DNA from: Octopus bimaculoides
Taxonomy: Eukaryota
Assembly: GCF_001194135.2 (NCBI RefSeq)
Contig: NC_068987.1
Location: 5,969,365-6,033,364 of the forward strand
Length of the DNA: 64,000 bases
Reading direction: 5' to 3'
In this document: in pieces, positions 39,255 to 50,954 of the stretch
Position numbering within the stretch: position 1 is the stretch's first letter
Layout of the letters: every line of letters starts with the position of its first letter
Program-made: the position numbers and the translations under genes
Notes under the pieces: generated by a model
Seen by the model: the letters and a program-made list of their open reading frames with translations, nothing else
Told to the model about the DNA's origin: nothing
The model's database searches: none

Positions 39255-39406
39255 GAGTTCGATTCCCAACGGTACGTTATTAAAAACTACTTTAAGGATA
39301 CGCATATCTGTGGAGTACTCAGGCACTTGCACGTTAATTTCACGAAAAGGTTGTTTCTTTGGTCGGAATATTTGGTACCCTCGTCGTCGTAACAAACGGA
39401 GTGGCA
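39255..39406 (+). mobile_element. SINE family A, internally deleted remnant
   Basis: B-box GAGTTCGATTCCC joined to the tail CACTTGCACGTTAATTTCACGA...CCCTCGTCGTCGTAAC. Confidence 0.7.
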
Positions 39407-41019
39407 GTTGTTTTTATGTATATATGAATGTACTTGTGGATGGATGTGTCTGGACGCGGGTGTTTGTGCCTGGAAGTATTAGTACAATAGCTTTCAAGTA
39501 ATTAAGCTTTAAGAATCATTTTATTAATTTAGTTGGATATTTAAAAATATCAACCAGCGTCACATAACCGAACTAATAAAAACCATTTATTACACGCTNN
39601 NNNNNNNNNNNNNNNNNNNNNNNNNNNNNNNNNNNNNNNNNNNNNNNNNNNNNNNNNNNNNNNNNNNNNNNNNNNNNNNNNNNNNNNNNNNNNNNNNNNN
39701 NNNNNNNNNNNNNNNNNNNNNNNNNNNNNNNNNNNNNNNNNNNNNNNNNNNNNNNNNNNNNNNNNNNNNNNNNNNNNNNNNNNNNNNNNNNNNNNNNNNN
39801 NNNNNNNNNNNNNNNNNNNNNNNNNNNNNNNNNNNNNNNNNNNNNNNNNNNNNNNNNNNNNNNNNNNNNNNNNNNNNNNNNNNNNNNNNNNNNNNNNNNN
39901 NNNNNNNNNNNNNNNNNNNNNNNNNNATATATATACATATATATACATATACATATATATAGATATACATACATACATATATATACATATGTGTGTATAT
40001 ATATGTGTGTATTTATACATATATATATAAAAAAAACGGTCATTGACTTCAATTTTCAGATTATTTGTCATTCAAAGCATTTGTACTTCAGTGTTATTTT
40101 TATCGTTTTTCTTTGTGAATGTTTAAGCAAAATTATCCGTTCCCATAAAGCAAGATTTTATAGTTTATTGGTTTTAAAAGGAAACGACTAAAAATCATAT
40201 AATATAGAATTGACTGTCATTCTTAATTTATATGAAAGATCAAATTACAGATCAGTGAATTCGATACACAGAGTAAATTGTGTGTTTCTTACGGACATCA
40301 AGCAGATCTTGTTTCAATAAGCAAAAAGAGCTAGTTTTCGAAAATCTTTCTCTGTTTCCTAACGAGCATATAGTTGTTTTCAGCAATCATCATTGGGTAA
40401 CTATTATTTATTGCAATTATTTGAGCTAGGCAGAACATAACTTCTGTCTAATTATCTTCCACAAAGAGTTATTACGTATTAAGAGCTGCTAAATCTGTCT
40501 AGAATCCAGCGCCTTGGAAACGATAGAGAAGACATTTGAAAATATAATCTGACATAAAGTACATGTAAAAATAAGGAACGAATACGGCTAGAATAGTTTA
40601 ATCATTAATTTACTAAACTAGGGTTGACCTAGATCAAACCACACCAAAAATCACAGTTGAGTAGCAAAACTGCAGCTTAAATACATTCTTTATGCTTTGA
40701 AAACGTAAGTGATCAGCGAGTCTTTTTCTCATATTTAATCTTTAATCTTATAGGAAAATAATTATGTGTCGTAGAAATCTCATAGTATTTTAGATGATCT
40801 GTTTTGATCGATTTTACTTCAATACAATAATGTTAGAATTATATATCAGTGAAATTATACGGCCACTGTTAATTTTGTCAGTGCGACTTCTTAGATGCGA
40901 GCTCTTTGTTTAGGATAAATATTATAGATGAATATTTGGATTATATAAAGAAGTGATTTTAAATTCTCAAACGCAGGATAATGCTAATAATATAGCCTGA
41001 ACAAGATAAGCTACCCCTA

Positions 41020-41117
41020 TTTTGCAGAAAAACGTGTTGGCAGCCAGCTATGGGACTCGAACTCACACCTCCGTGATTACGCGTCACGGTGCTCTAAACC
41101 ATTAAGCTAAACTGCCC
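41020..41117 (-). pseudogene. tRNA-like element (Thr-CGT-like anticodon), family D SINE/pseudo-tRNA
   Basis: The reverse strand folds as a cloverleaf: acceptor GGCAGTT/AGCTGGC with one mismatch, D arm GCTT/GAGC, a 6-bp stem CCGTGA/TCACGG with loop CGCGTAA, and T loop TTCGAGT. The 6-bp stem, G at 33 and the 3' flank shared with 3887-3990 argue against a functional tRNA. Confidence 0.6.
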
Positions 41118-41531
41118 TCACCTGGATTATATAAACTTGCTGATCGATTAATTTTGTATTATTGTATGGATTTAATTTTTAATTTCTAGAATTGCTCACA
41201 GAAAAAAAAATCTTTTATAATTTTAACGAAGTATTTTGTTTTTCTTTACAGAAAAAAACTTGTACCTACAAAGACTTACGGTTTACTTACACTTCTTTGT
41301 GCAAGTAAGCTGTTATATTCTTATTTCTCTAATATATTTTACTCAGGGACACACAATACATGCGCACGTACATCCACCCACATTAAATAAACAAAAGTGT
41401 TCAGAGAACAGGAAAATGGTTTGGGAATAGGCGCACTTCTATCTAATGTACTCTTCCTTATACATATCTGCTTATATTCACATTTCTTAGTATATTCTTA
41501 GAAAAATTTCAGTCACGTAGACTTGACTGTA

Positions 41532-41831
41532 TGGATCACGTCATCGTAACCGATACGGTCAACGGAAAGGCTTCATCATGAAATTAACGTGCAAGTGGCT
41601 GCGTACTCCACAGACACATGTACCATTAACGTAGTTCTGAGGGAGATTCAGCGCAACACAGAGTGTAACAAAGCCTTTCAAATACAGGTACAACTCATTT
41701 TTGCCAGCTGAGTGGACTGGAGCAACGTGAAATAAAGTGTCTTGTTCAAGGACGCAACGCGTCGTCCGAAATTGAACACACGACCTTACGATCATGCGCG
41801 GAATGCCCTGACCACTAAACCACGCGCCTTC
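41532..41831 (-). mobile_element. tRNA-head SINE with Meta/MESC core and family A 3' tail
   Basis: Core (rc of 41701-41756) CCTTGAACAAGACACTTTATTTCACGTTGCTCCAGTCCACTCAGCTG. The tail matches 1812-2000. A 13-bp TSD, AGACTTGACTGTA, lies at 41519-41531 and 41832-41844. Confidence 0.85.
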
Positions 41832-43004
41832 AGACTTGACTGTACAGTCAAGACACCTCGCAACAACGTTAGTTCTGCTATGATTCTGCTATGTCGTACG
41901 TCGATCAAGACTCTGGAAAACAGCTTCAGATAGACGTGTATTTTATGATTGAAATTGGGCGGACGCTAACACATTTTGTTGCATATTTGATATGACATCG
42001 GGTTTAGTAGCACCAACTGATCATAACATGTCCTTAAAGAGACACAATATGTTGCAGCATTCATAGCAGGTCTTGAAATCCCAACATATTTAGGGGAAAA
42101 GCTCGGAGCGCGATTTCGGCAAAACAATCCGGAAATTCCACAACCGGATTTAGGAACATTTACACATGCACGCTTCCTCGTTTAAGAAGCACTCCGATAA
42201 ATGTCATAACCATGAAGCAGGAGTATCTAATGACTGGAATACTGACTGGAATAATGGCTGGAATATTGGTAAATTATGGATCAATGGGGCTCTTTTGGTC
42301 AAGCGACAGAGTAATTAACTGGAGAATGCAACTGAATGGTGGGAACAGGCAATTTTTAACCACATTGCCACACGTACAGCTCGTCTTTTTGCATTTTTTT
42401 CATCTTTCTAAATATTTCTCACATTCACCATACCAAATATACCTTCTACATTGAGCCGCTTAACACAACCTACCCTTTATAAACAATATTTATAAAGTGA
42501 TATTTATAAACACTACTTCACATCCGCTCTAATTTATCTTGTCAGATTTAAGCGACTCTTTCTCTAACTTATCACACATATTCACCATTTCACCACACTA
42601 TATTTCACCGCATCGAACCTTTCATTTATGTATTTAAGCATTTATTTATTTAGTTTTATCCTTTCTTAAACAAGACAAATCTCCTTGTAATTCTGCTGTT
42701 TTCCAGTGACATTTTCTATTAATTTTTATTTCTTTATATAATCTTTTTAAACAAAGCAAATGTCTAAATAATTTACGTAAAGCTCAGTTATTATCCAGTG
42801 ACATTTCCCCACTACAACTACACACACTCACGCCGATTCTCCTTAACAGGGGCTCCTACTGCTGTTCCATATGATGCATCAGATCACCTGCTGCTTTTGA
42901 TAATATCTATCTTTACCAGCAACAAGTATAAATACAGAAATACATCAATGATTTTTCTGTCACATCACACTAGAAAAGTCAGCCGATACGCCATACTCAT
43001 AAGC

Positions 43005-43205
43005 TCAGAATTGTTAGCACGCTGAGCAAAAAGCTTAACGGCATCTCATCCGTCTTTACGTTTTGAGTTCAAATTCCGCCGAGCTCGACTTCACATTTTA
43101 TCCTTTCCGGTCGACAAAATAAGTACCATCTGAACACTGGAGCCAATGTGAATGATTTACATCTTCTCCGAAATTAGTAGCTTTGTGCTAAAATTTGAAA
43201 TCAAT
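43005..43205 (+). mobile_element. SINE family B
   Basis: AGAATTGTTAGCACGCTGAGC...TTTACGTTTTGAGTTCAAATTCCGCCGAGCTCGAC. Confidence 0.8.
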
Positions 43206-43689
43206 TTTATAAATTCAGATAATTATTTCTTCAATCCAGTTTGTATAAATGTCGTTATTATTCCTGACGTAAGAAATTAATCAAGTTCTTCAGCAACGTA
43301 CATATACGCACCAATAGTTACCGCCATCTTGCCAGAACCTAATGAGCAATCAATCATAAACTTTACATATCGTCTCGATGAAAGATACTGTCTGAAATAA
43401 ATATGACATGTCACCACAAAGACAAATTTGAATCTGCAACGAATCCTTCAAGTCTATCTAGGTTAAAAGAGATAAATATTTATGCCCTTCCCACATCATC
43501 TTTGTTACAGAATGAGCGATTATCTTTTAATTTGATCCATTGCTAAAAGCTCTACTGGAGTGCAGTAAAACGTCATTGTCGTAAAAATAATTGAAATCTA
43601 ATTTTCTTTGCTTCATATAAGGATGATTGCGTTGTATGATTTGTATATTCCATATACAATTACTGTTTCCCCTTTTGCTGGTTGACCCT

Positions 43690-44120
43690 TTAACACACTG
43701 AACAAAGTACTTAGCAGCATCTCTATTTGGTTTTTATGTGTTGAGTTCAAATACCACCAATGTCAAATTTGCCTTACTCCCTTTTGAGGTCGATAAAATA
43801 AGTACCAATTGAGCACTAGTATCGATATAGTCCCCTTTCACTTCTAGCAAAAATGCCGGACTTGTGCCAAAAATTAGAAAGTAATACATATATTTCTCGC
43901 AAGCAGGGGACAGGCAGAATCGGCGTCGTACCGGACAAAACGCTAATTGGCATTTTTTCCGGATTTTTATGTTCTAATTCCTAATACTACCAAGATCAAT
44001 TTGTCTTTCATCCTTTCGAGGTATGTAAAATGAAGTGTCGGTTAAGTAGTGGGGACGAAGTAATCGACTAACACCCTCCTTGCTAAAATTGTTGGTTTTA
44101 TGCCAAAATTAGAAAGATTT
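43690..44120 (+). mobile_element. Two degenerate SINE family B copies in tandem (about 43690-43885 and 43905-44120)
   Basis: Each has GAGTTCAAAT/GTTCTAATT...CCTTT(T/C)GAGG...AAGTAC...GTGCCAAAATTAGAAAG-like ends. Confidence 0.6.
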
Positions 44121-45462
44121 ATTTCCTTTTCGGGATATCTGTACTTAATTGTGCATATATCTGTGCTAGCTTAATTGAGATTATATCTGACAAGAAGCTT
44201 CCGTTTTATGAAACGAGAGACAAATAGAAGGATCTGCCAGAAGTATTTCCAATCAGACAGAATTAAATACTTTGTTAATATCGAGTGCAACAACAGTTCT
44301 TTAGCTATTATTATCAAGGGAAATGTCAGTTTTAATACGTGACATTGAACAGCAATATTCGACAGATTATAACCCTATGGAAATATTGTTGTTAAAATCT
44401 CAAGAAAAAAAACGAACCTCAAGTGATGGAGATAGTTGGCTAAGACTGTGTCGTTCGCCTCTGCGATTCTTGAAGTGAGTGAGGCAGGCCAATAGTTGGC
44501 AGAATTAGGGAAACTGCTTCAATTAATTCCTTTAGGAATAAGGAACATGACACATGGTTCAATTGATTCTGATAGTTCCCAAGAGAGAGAATACGTGGAG
44601 GAGAATTTAAGTTATCTGTGAAAATTAGTGTGTGACGTTAGTGGGATGAGAAAGAAAATCTTTGAAATATATCGTTGTATCGAATACAGATATAAGTAGG
44701 TGAAGAGACTAATTGCCACGGACAGTTCAGAATGATCATCTACTCGGACTTTTAAGCGTGCGACAGTCACGAATAGTTCTGTGCAGTGGTGTGGGTTTGT
44801 TTGTTTGTGTGTGTGTGTATGCACATACGTATGTCAGCTCACTCTTAATGCCACTAGGAACCATGTAACGCTGCATATATCACACGGTCGGGTCGTCAGT
44901 GACTTAAACGGTAACCCCACGAAGCCAGCTATGTAAAGCGTTTGCCACTGTATATCTAGAAAAGCACTTTTGATAAAAAAGAAATAAAGCTGGAATGGTC
45001 ACTGTGTGAACATAAGTCATACTGAATGTACTGATTGAACCAAACAACATCAAAAACATAGAAGTAATTTACAAGTTTAAACATATTTAATATGTCCGGT
45101 GGTAAATTTATTAGTCTAATAGATTATAAGTTAACGCCTGAATTATAAGGCACTAAAAGAGAATGACTCTCCCCAGAAAAGCCTAATTATGATTTTCATT
45201 TGCGATCCCATTAGTAAACGTAACGCAATATCGGAATCATTACGAAATGCCAACATCCCTACAAATACCTGTCAAGGCTTTAGAAATGCAATCAAGAGGA
45301 ATTAATAGAAATTTACAATTTTGAATCCAGTAATTTAGTCTTCGACGAGTTCCTTAGATCATATTTCCCCAAAATTGTCCCATTTTACTTGATTACATGA
45401 ATTTGATATACCTGTTAAGCCTATATATGTGTGGGTATATGTGTGTAAGAGAAGCAGAGAAA

Positions 45463-45534
<72 letters not shown>

Positions 45535-46529
45535 GAAGCGAATATTTTTATATAACTTGGAATATTTGGGGTTAATATAAGCGTGAATTCAAAGATAAAG
45601 CATTACTATTAGTTGTAATCGCTTAGAGACGCACCCTTAAATGGCTTATTTACCAATTTCTTGAGGAGGGTACGCATTTTAAAGAAGATAAAAGGGTATG
45701 CGGATTATGTGCAAATTTAAAAAAACTTGAATTCAATNNNNNNNNNNNNNNNNNNNNNNNNNNNNNNNNNNNNNNNNNNNNNNNNNNNNNNNNNNNNNNN
45801 NNNNNNNNNNNNNNNNNNNNNNNNNNNNNNNNNNNNNNNNNNNNNNNNNNNNNNNNNNNNNNNNNNNNNNNNNNNNNNNNNNNNNNNNNNNNNNNNNNNN
45901 NNNNNNNNNNNNNNNNNNNNNNNNNNNNNNNNNNNNNNNNNNNNNNNNNNNNNNNNNNNNNNNNNNNNNNNNNNNNNNNNNNNNNNNNNNNNNNNNNNNN
46001 NNNNNNNNNNNNNNNNNNNNNNNNNNNNNNNNNNNNNNNNNNNNNNNNNNNNNNNNNNNNNNNNNNNNNNNNNNNNNNNNNNNNNNNNNNNNNNNNNNNN
46101 NNNNNNNNNNNNNNNNNNNNNNNNNNNNNNNNNNNNNNNNNNNNNNNNNNNNNNNNNNNNNNNNNNNNNNNNNNNNNNNNNNNNNNNNNNNNNNNNNNNN
46201 NNNNNNNNNNNNNNNNNNNNNNNNNNNNNNNNNNNNNNNNNNNNNNNNNNNNNNNNNNNNNNNNNNNNNNNNNNNNNNNNNNNNNNNNNNNNNNNNNNNN
46301 NNNNNNNNNNNNNNNNNNNNNNNNNNNNNNNNNNNNNNNNNNNNNNNNNNNNNNNNNNNNNNNNNNNNNNNNNNNNNNNNNNNNNNNNNNNNNNNNNNNN
46401 NNNNNNNNNNNNNNNNNNNNNNNNNNNNNNNNNNNNNNNNNNNNNNNNNNNNNNNNNNNNNNNNNNNNNNNNNNNNNNNNNNNNNNNNNNNNNNNNNNNN
46501 NNNNNNNNNNNNNNNNNNNNNNNNNNNNN

Positions 46530-46582
<53 letters not shown>

Positions 46583-46594
46583 GTATGTATGTAT

Positions 46595-46812
46595 GTATTT
46601 GTGTGTCCGTGTTTGTCCTCCCACCATCGCTTGACAACCGATGTTGGTGTGTTTGCATCCCCGTAACTTAGCGGTTCGGCAAAAGAAAAACGGTAAAATA
46701 AGTACTAGGATTACAAGGAATAAGTCCTGGGGTCGATTTGTTCGACCAAAGGTGGTGTTCCAGCATGGCCGCAGTCAAAAGACTAAAACAATTAAAAGAA
46801 ATAAAAGAAAAA
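46595..46812 (+). mobile_element. SINE family C, 3' part
   Basis: GCTTGACAACCGATGTTGGTG...CTTAGCGGTTCGGCAAAAG...CTGGGGTCGATTTGTTCGACC...(TAAAAGAA)n. Preceded by a (TA)n/(TATG)n tract and an N gap. Confidence 0.85.
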
Positions 46813-47795
46813 GAATATATATATGTTGTTAATCATAGTTTTTCTCATGGCTCGCTGAGAATTTTCATATGGGTACGCATTTAAAGGAGAGGATAAACGT
46901 CTATGCGAATTCCGTACGAAATTAAAAAGACTTAAATTTAATGTTAGGGAAATATCTATTCTAACTGTTGAAGAAAACGGTTTTGTAATGTTAAAAGAAA
47001 ATGAAAGGGAGAGCGAGGATTGACACACTTAAATGAAAAACAATTTACGACAAAATCGTATTATGTTTTGGCATTTACTGCCCATTTATGCATGTGTAAA
47101 TGGATATATATATATTGTATATATTTATTTGTGCGTAATTCTATGTAAATATTTCTATGCATGCGTAAATGCATGTAGATATGAGGAATTGATGTTCGAA
47201 ATGAGGAACATAATTTTTTAAGAATAAAATTGGATTTGTAAATTAAAAATCGAGTATATCAACCCTGGACATGCGAATAGCCTATATTTAATCCCAGTAG
47301 TTCGCGAAAAAATAAAGACATTCATGTATTTTTACTTATATTACAATTTTTCTCATCAGTGATTATATCACGCACATGAACAGTGTCATTTAAAATTGTA
47401 TTGCTGCCCGGTCCTTCAAAGCATTTATATATTTGAACGAGTATTCTTCCTATGGTGAATTTATCTTAAAAGAGGAGAGAATCTCCTCTAGGTTTAATTC
47501 CGTTGCGTTGCAGATTATCTATTTTTATCATATTTACTTCAAGGTAAAATAATAGCTTTATAATTCTCGGCCTCTGCAAGCCGTGTATGGTACCATTTTA
47601 TATTTCTTTTGGAATCCTCAACAGAGCATAACCCAAGACAAATCAACTAAACTCAATTCAAGAAGTTTCACCAATATATTTCAGGTCAGGTGATGGTTAT
47701 GAAGCAATGGTAATGACTCTGTATTGACGTCATTTAGATAGATCGCCAGCCACTAAACCTTTTTCTATTTTCTCTCCCTGTTTATTTCTGTGTTC

Positions 47796-47831
47796 CTTTC
47801 TGTCGAAGAGCGTAGGCTCGAAATGTAAAAG
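47796..47831 (+). ncRNA. Minimal Penelope-type hammerhead-like motif, degenerate
   Basis: Stem I CTTT/AAAG, core CTGTCGA (A6>T versus CTGANGA), extra A, stem II GAGC-GTAG-GCTC, then GAAA-TGT-A (the ACGT palindrome with C>T). Confidence 0.45.
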
Positions 47832-47911
47832 ACTTTCTCATTTCCCGAGCATTAAACTAATACATTTGTTTGTTGTTTACACACTCGTCTTCGTCTCTTT
47901 TTTTTGTAAAT

Positions 47912-47981
<70 letters not shown>

Positions 47982-48269
47982 TGAAGTCTCCTATAAAGTC
48001 ACTGGCTGTGAACTAATTTTAAAAAATCAATCTGTTCAAACACCGCCAAGTGAAAAAAAAAATCCCATTGAACATATTGGAATCGATAAATAAATCGTAG
48101 CCAAGTGCTGTAATCGATTAACTAGATTACAGCGTTCCCCAAAACATGCCTGATTCTGAGACAAAGTTATCAATCAGCATCAACATCGATGAACAGACGG
48201 TAACAATTACGGTGTGCAAGACTAAACAGCTTAATAGTTGGTATCTCTTATTTCGGAACTTATGGAAAC

Positions 48270-48400
48270 GCTCAGAGTAGTGGTTACGATCGAAAGATTG
48301 TGGTTTTTGATTCCTGAGAATGGGCGGTAAGTTTTTTTTTTTTTTTGTTAGAAAAACACTTCATCTTCTTGCTCCAGTCCGTTCAGCGATAAATGTGTTC
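48270..48400 (+). mobile_element. Highly degenerate tRNA-head/Meta-core SINE
   Basis: AGTGGTTACGATCG...GATTCC...AAACACTTCATC...TTGCTCCAGTCCGTTCAGC resembles the copies at 26400 and 41532. Confidence 0.45.
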
Positions 48401-48552
48401 TAGCAATAATTCAGATGTTGACATTGCGACGGACAAGGTTTCCCGATCGGGTGGGGGAGCCTTTAAATTTCAGTCACTTATACGCGATCGAAATCACGTA
48501 AAGCTCCATCCGTTTGCGCGCTAGTGCTCATGACAAATTTATGTATGTATGT

Positions 48553-49136
48553 CATTGTTCAGTTTTATTTCAAGATTTCTTGCCAATAGAGACAGAGAGA
48601 AAGAGCTGGTTTCTAACCTAGATCCAAGGCTCCTTCATTGGAATTTCAACATCAACAGGGTATTTTTGTTTTTATGTATGTATGTATGTATGTATATGTG
48701 CAGATTTGGGTGTTTTGCTTTATGTATGTATTCTCATGCATATAGTTGCATATCTATACATGCTCATATATATTTAAATGACAAATTTCTGGAAAGTTTT
48801 ACAGATATTTACAGTTCCAGTGATGGATTGGATCTGTCATCTTCGAATTATCTTTCTCCTTTCTGGTTTTGAGAAACATAATTTCTCAAGATTGGTATTT
48901 AGGCAGTATGTTACATATCCCAGGGCCCCAATAATTACAGGTATAAACCTGAACTTATAATCTGGATAGAGTAACTGCAGATTTTTCAATAGTTCAGCGC
49001 AGGTATTCTGTTTTTCACTGATCTTCAGCTCCATGTTAACATCTGCTGGGCAGCTAATTTACACAATTGTACGCAATTTCGCTTCTCTATCTCAAATCAT
49101 TATTTCGAGTTTATTGAGATCTTCACTGGGACATTG
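48553..49136 (-). mobile_element. 5'-truncated R4-like RLE non-LTR retrotransposon (family 2), 3' end
   Basis: A single frame 49136-48774 with three premature stops and no frameshift: ...NKLEIMI*DREAKLRTIV*ISCPADVNMELKISEKQNTCAELLKNLQLLYPDYKFRFIPVIIGALGYV...TGTVNICKTFQKFVI*. This is a decayed PD-(D/E)xK RLE domain (N.PD..IWD...C.IVE.SCP). A 3' UTR of about 220 bp follows. Confidence 0.8.
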
Positions 49137-49194
49137 TATGTATGTATGTATGTATGTATGTATGTATGTATGCATGTATGTATGTATGTATGTG

Positions 49195-49581
49195 GTGGAG
49201 GCGCAACTGCCCAGTGGTTAGGGCAGCGGACCCGCTGTCATAGGAAAGCAGTTTCGATTCCCAAACTGGGCGTTGTGAGTGTATATTGAACGAAAACACC
49301 TGAAACATCAGGAGACTTCGGCAGGGGCTGGTGCCGAACCCTGCTATATTCTTTCACCACAACTTTCTCTCGCTCTTTCTGCCTGTTTCTGTTGTACCTG
49401 TATTTCAAACGGTCAGCCTTGTCAGACTCTATGTCACGCTGAATCTCCCCGAGAACTACATTAAGGGTACACGTGTCTGTGGAGTGCTCAGCCACTTGCA
49501 CATTAATTTCACGAGCAGGCATTTCCGTTGATCGAATCAACTGGAACCCTCGTCGTCGTAACTGACGGAGTGCCACAAAAA
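49195..49581 (+). mobile_element. Full-length tRNA-derived SINE, family A, inserted in (TGTA)n
   Basis: Aligns end to end with 1615-2003. TGTA repeats lie on both sides. Confidence 0.92.
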
Positions 49582-49949
49582 TGTATGTATGTATGCAACT
49601 CACAACGTATTACTACGTTTTATGTTCACGTTCTATTGGTCATTGCTTTGCCTCAGTAGAATAAGAACTGCTTATATTTCTACAACTAACAACACAACTC
49701 TTCAAAACTTTGCTCGGCATTTATATAAGATATGAAATGCATTATAAGATAATTGAGTGTGGCGTGTGAGAATGGCATTTGTAATAATGTAAGCTTAACT
49801 AGAAATAGTTCTCAAGAGTTTTGAGAAACTGAACTATATTATATATTTGACTTTCAGTGTGTAATAATTAAAATTTTCGGCTGTAATCTAAAATTGAATC
49901 TGAATAGATCTACAGATCCAAATTTATAGTATGAATCATATTTGGCGTG

Positions 49950-50140
49950 TATATATATATATATATACCCACATATATATATTCATATATATATGTATGT
50001 ATATATGTATATATATGCATATATATTCATATATATAAATGCAGACACATACATACATACATACATACATACATGCATACATACATACATACATACATAC
50101 ATACATACATACATGCATATATATGTGTGTGAGTTCTTGT
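49950..50140. repeat. (TA)n/(TACA)n microsatellite
   Basis: Directly visible. Confidence 0.95.
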
Positions 50141-50871
50141 GTGTGTGCATATTTATTTATCATTCATGAAAGAACAATTCACAGAAACGTTGCGAAGTTC
50201 GAAAAAAATTTGAATAAATCTATATGCCAGTGTTTAATGAAGACATATGCCATCTCCTGTGTTGATCTCACTGGAAGTATGTTTATACAAGACACAAATG
50301 TGAATTTATTCGAAATTTATTCATACCTAATCTGTCTCAGCGCTTTAGCTATTTCATAAATGCTGTCAGTGAATGTACCAATATGTAAATGAGTAATTTA
50401 AGGAGCGGAAGGTGAATATATTGTTAACAATTAACTTATCGCTCTTGTGTATAAGTGTCGGTTGCCTTCTTGTCATGGTTAAATCTACCACCATTGTTAA
50501 ATTCAATTTCGTTCCGATCTTTTGTATATCTAGAACAACAATGTCTACTGAGCGGTCATGTTGAAAATTATTTGTCGCATAGATTTCAAATATTAATGCA
50601 TTAGGAGTGTTCGAAATATTCAGATCGATGAGGTATGTCATTCAGTCACAAACAAAATAAAGGGGCCTTCAACCCACGGCCTACCGGTTCCACGACTTGA
50701 GGTCAAGAGTTAGATTTTTTAAATTTTAATATCTGTCTCTCGGAAAACATGAAAGCATTATTTCTGCTTTAAACCACTATTATTGTCGTCTGCAAAGTTA
50801 TAAGATTAAGGATTTCTCCCATTTCTCATTTGCTGTGTTGAAAAATTCCTTTCCGATCATTCTGTGACCAT

Positions 50872-50954
50872 CCATTCACCGTTCTATAACATCCATTTAC
50901 CGTTCTATAACATCCATTCACCGTTCTATAATATCCATTCACCGTTCTATAACA
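50872..50954. repeat. 21-bp minisatellite, 4 copies
   Basis: Unit CCATTCACCGTTCTATAACAT. Confidence 0.9.

Noticed and set aside
41042-41116. Functional tRNA-Thr(CGT) gene
   Set aside because: Acceptor and T-stem mismatches, a 6-bp anticodon stem, G instead of U33, and a 3' flank shared with another degenerate copy.
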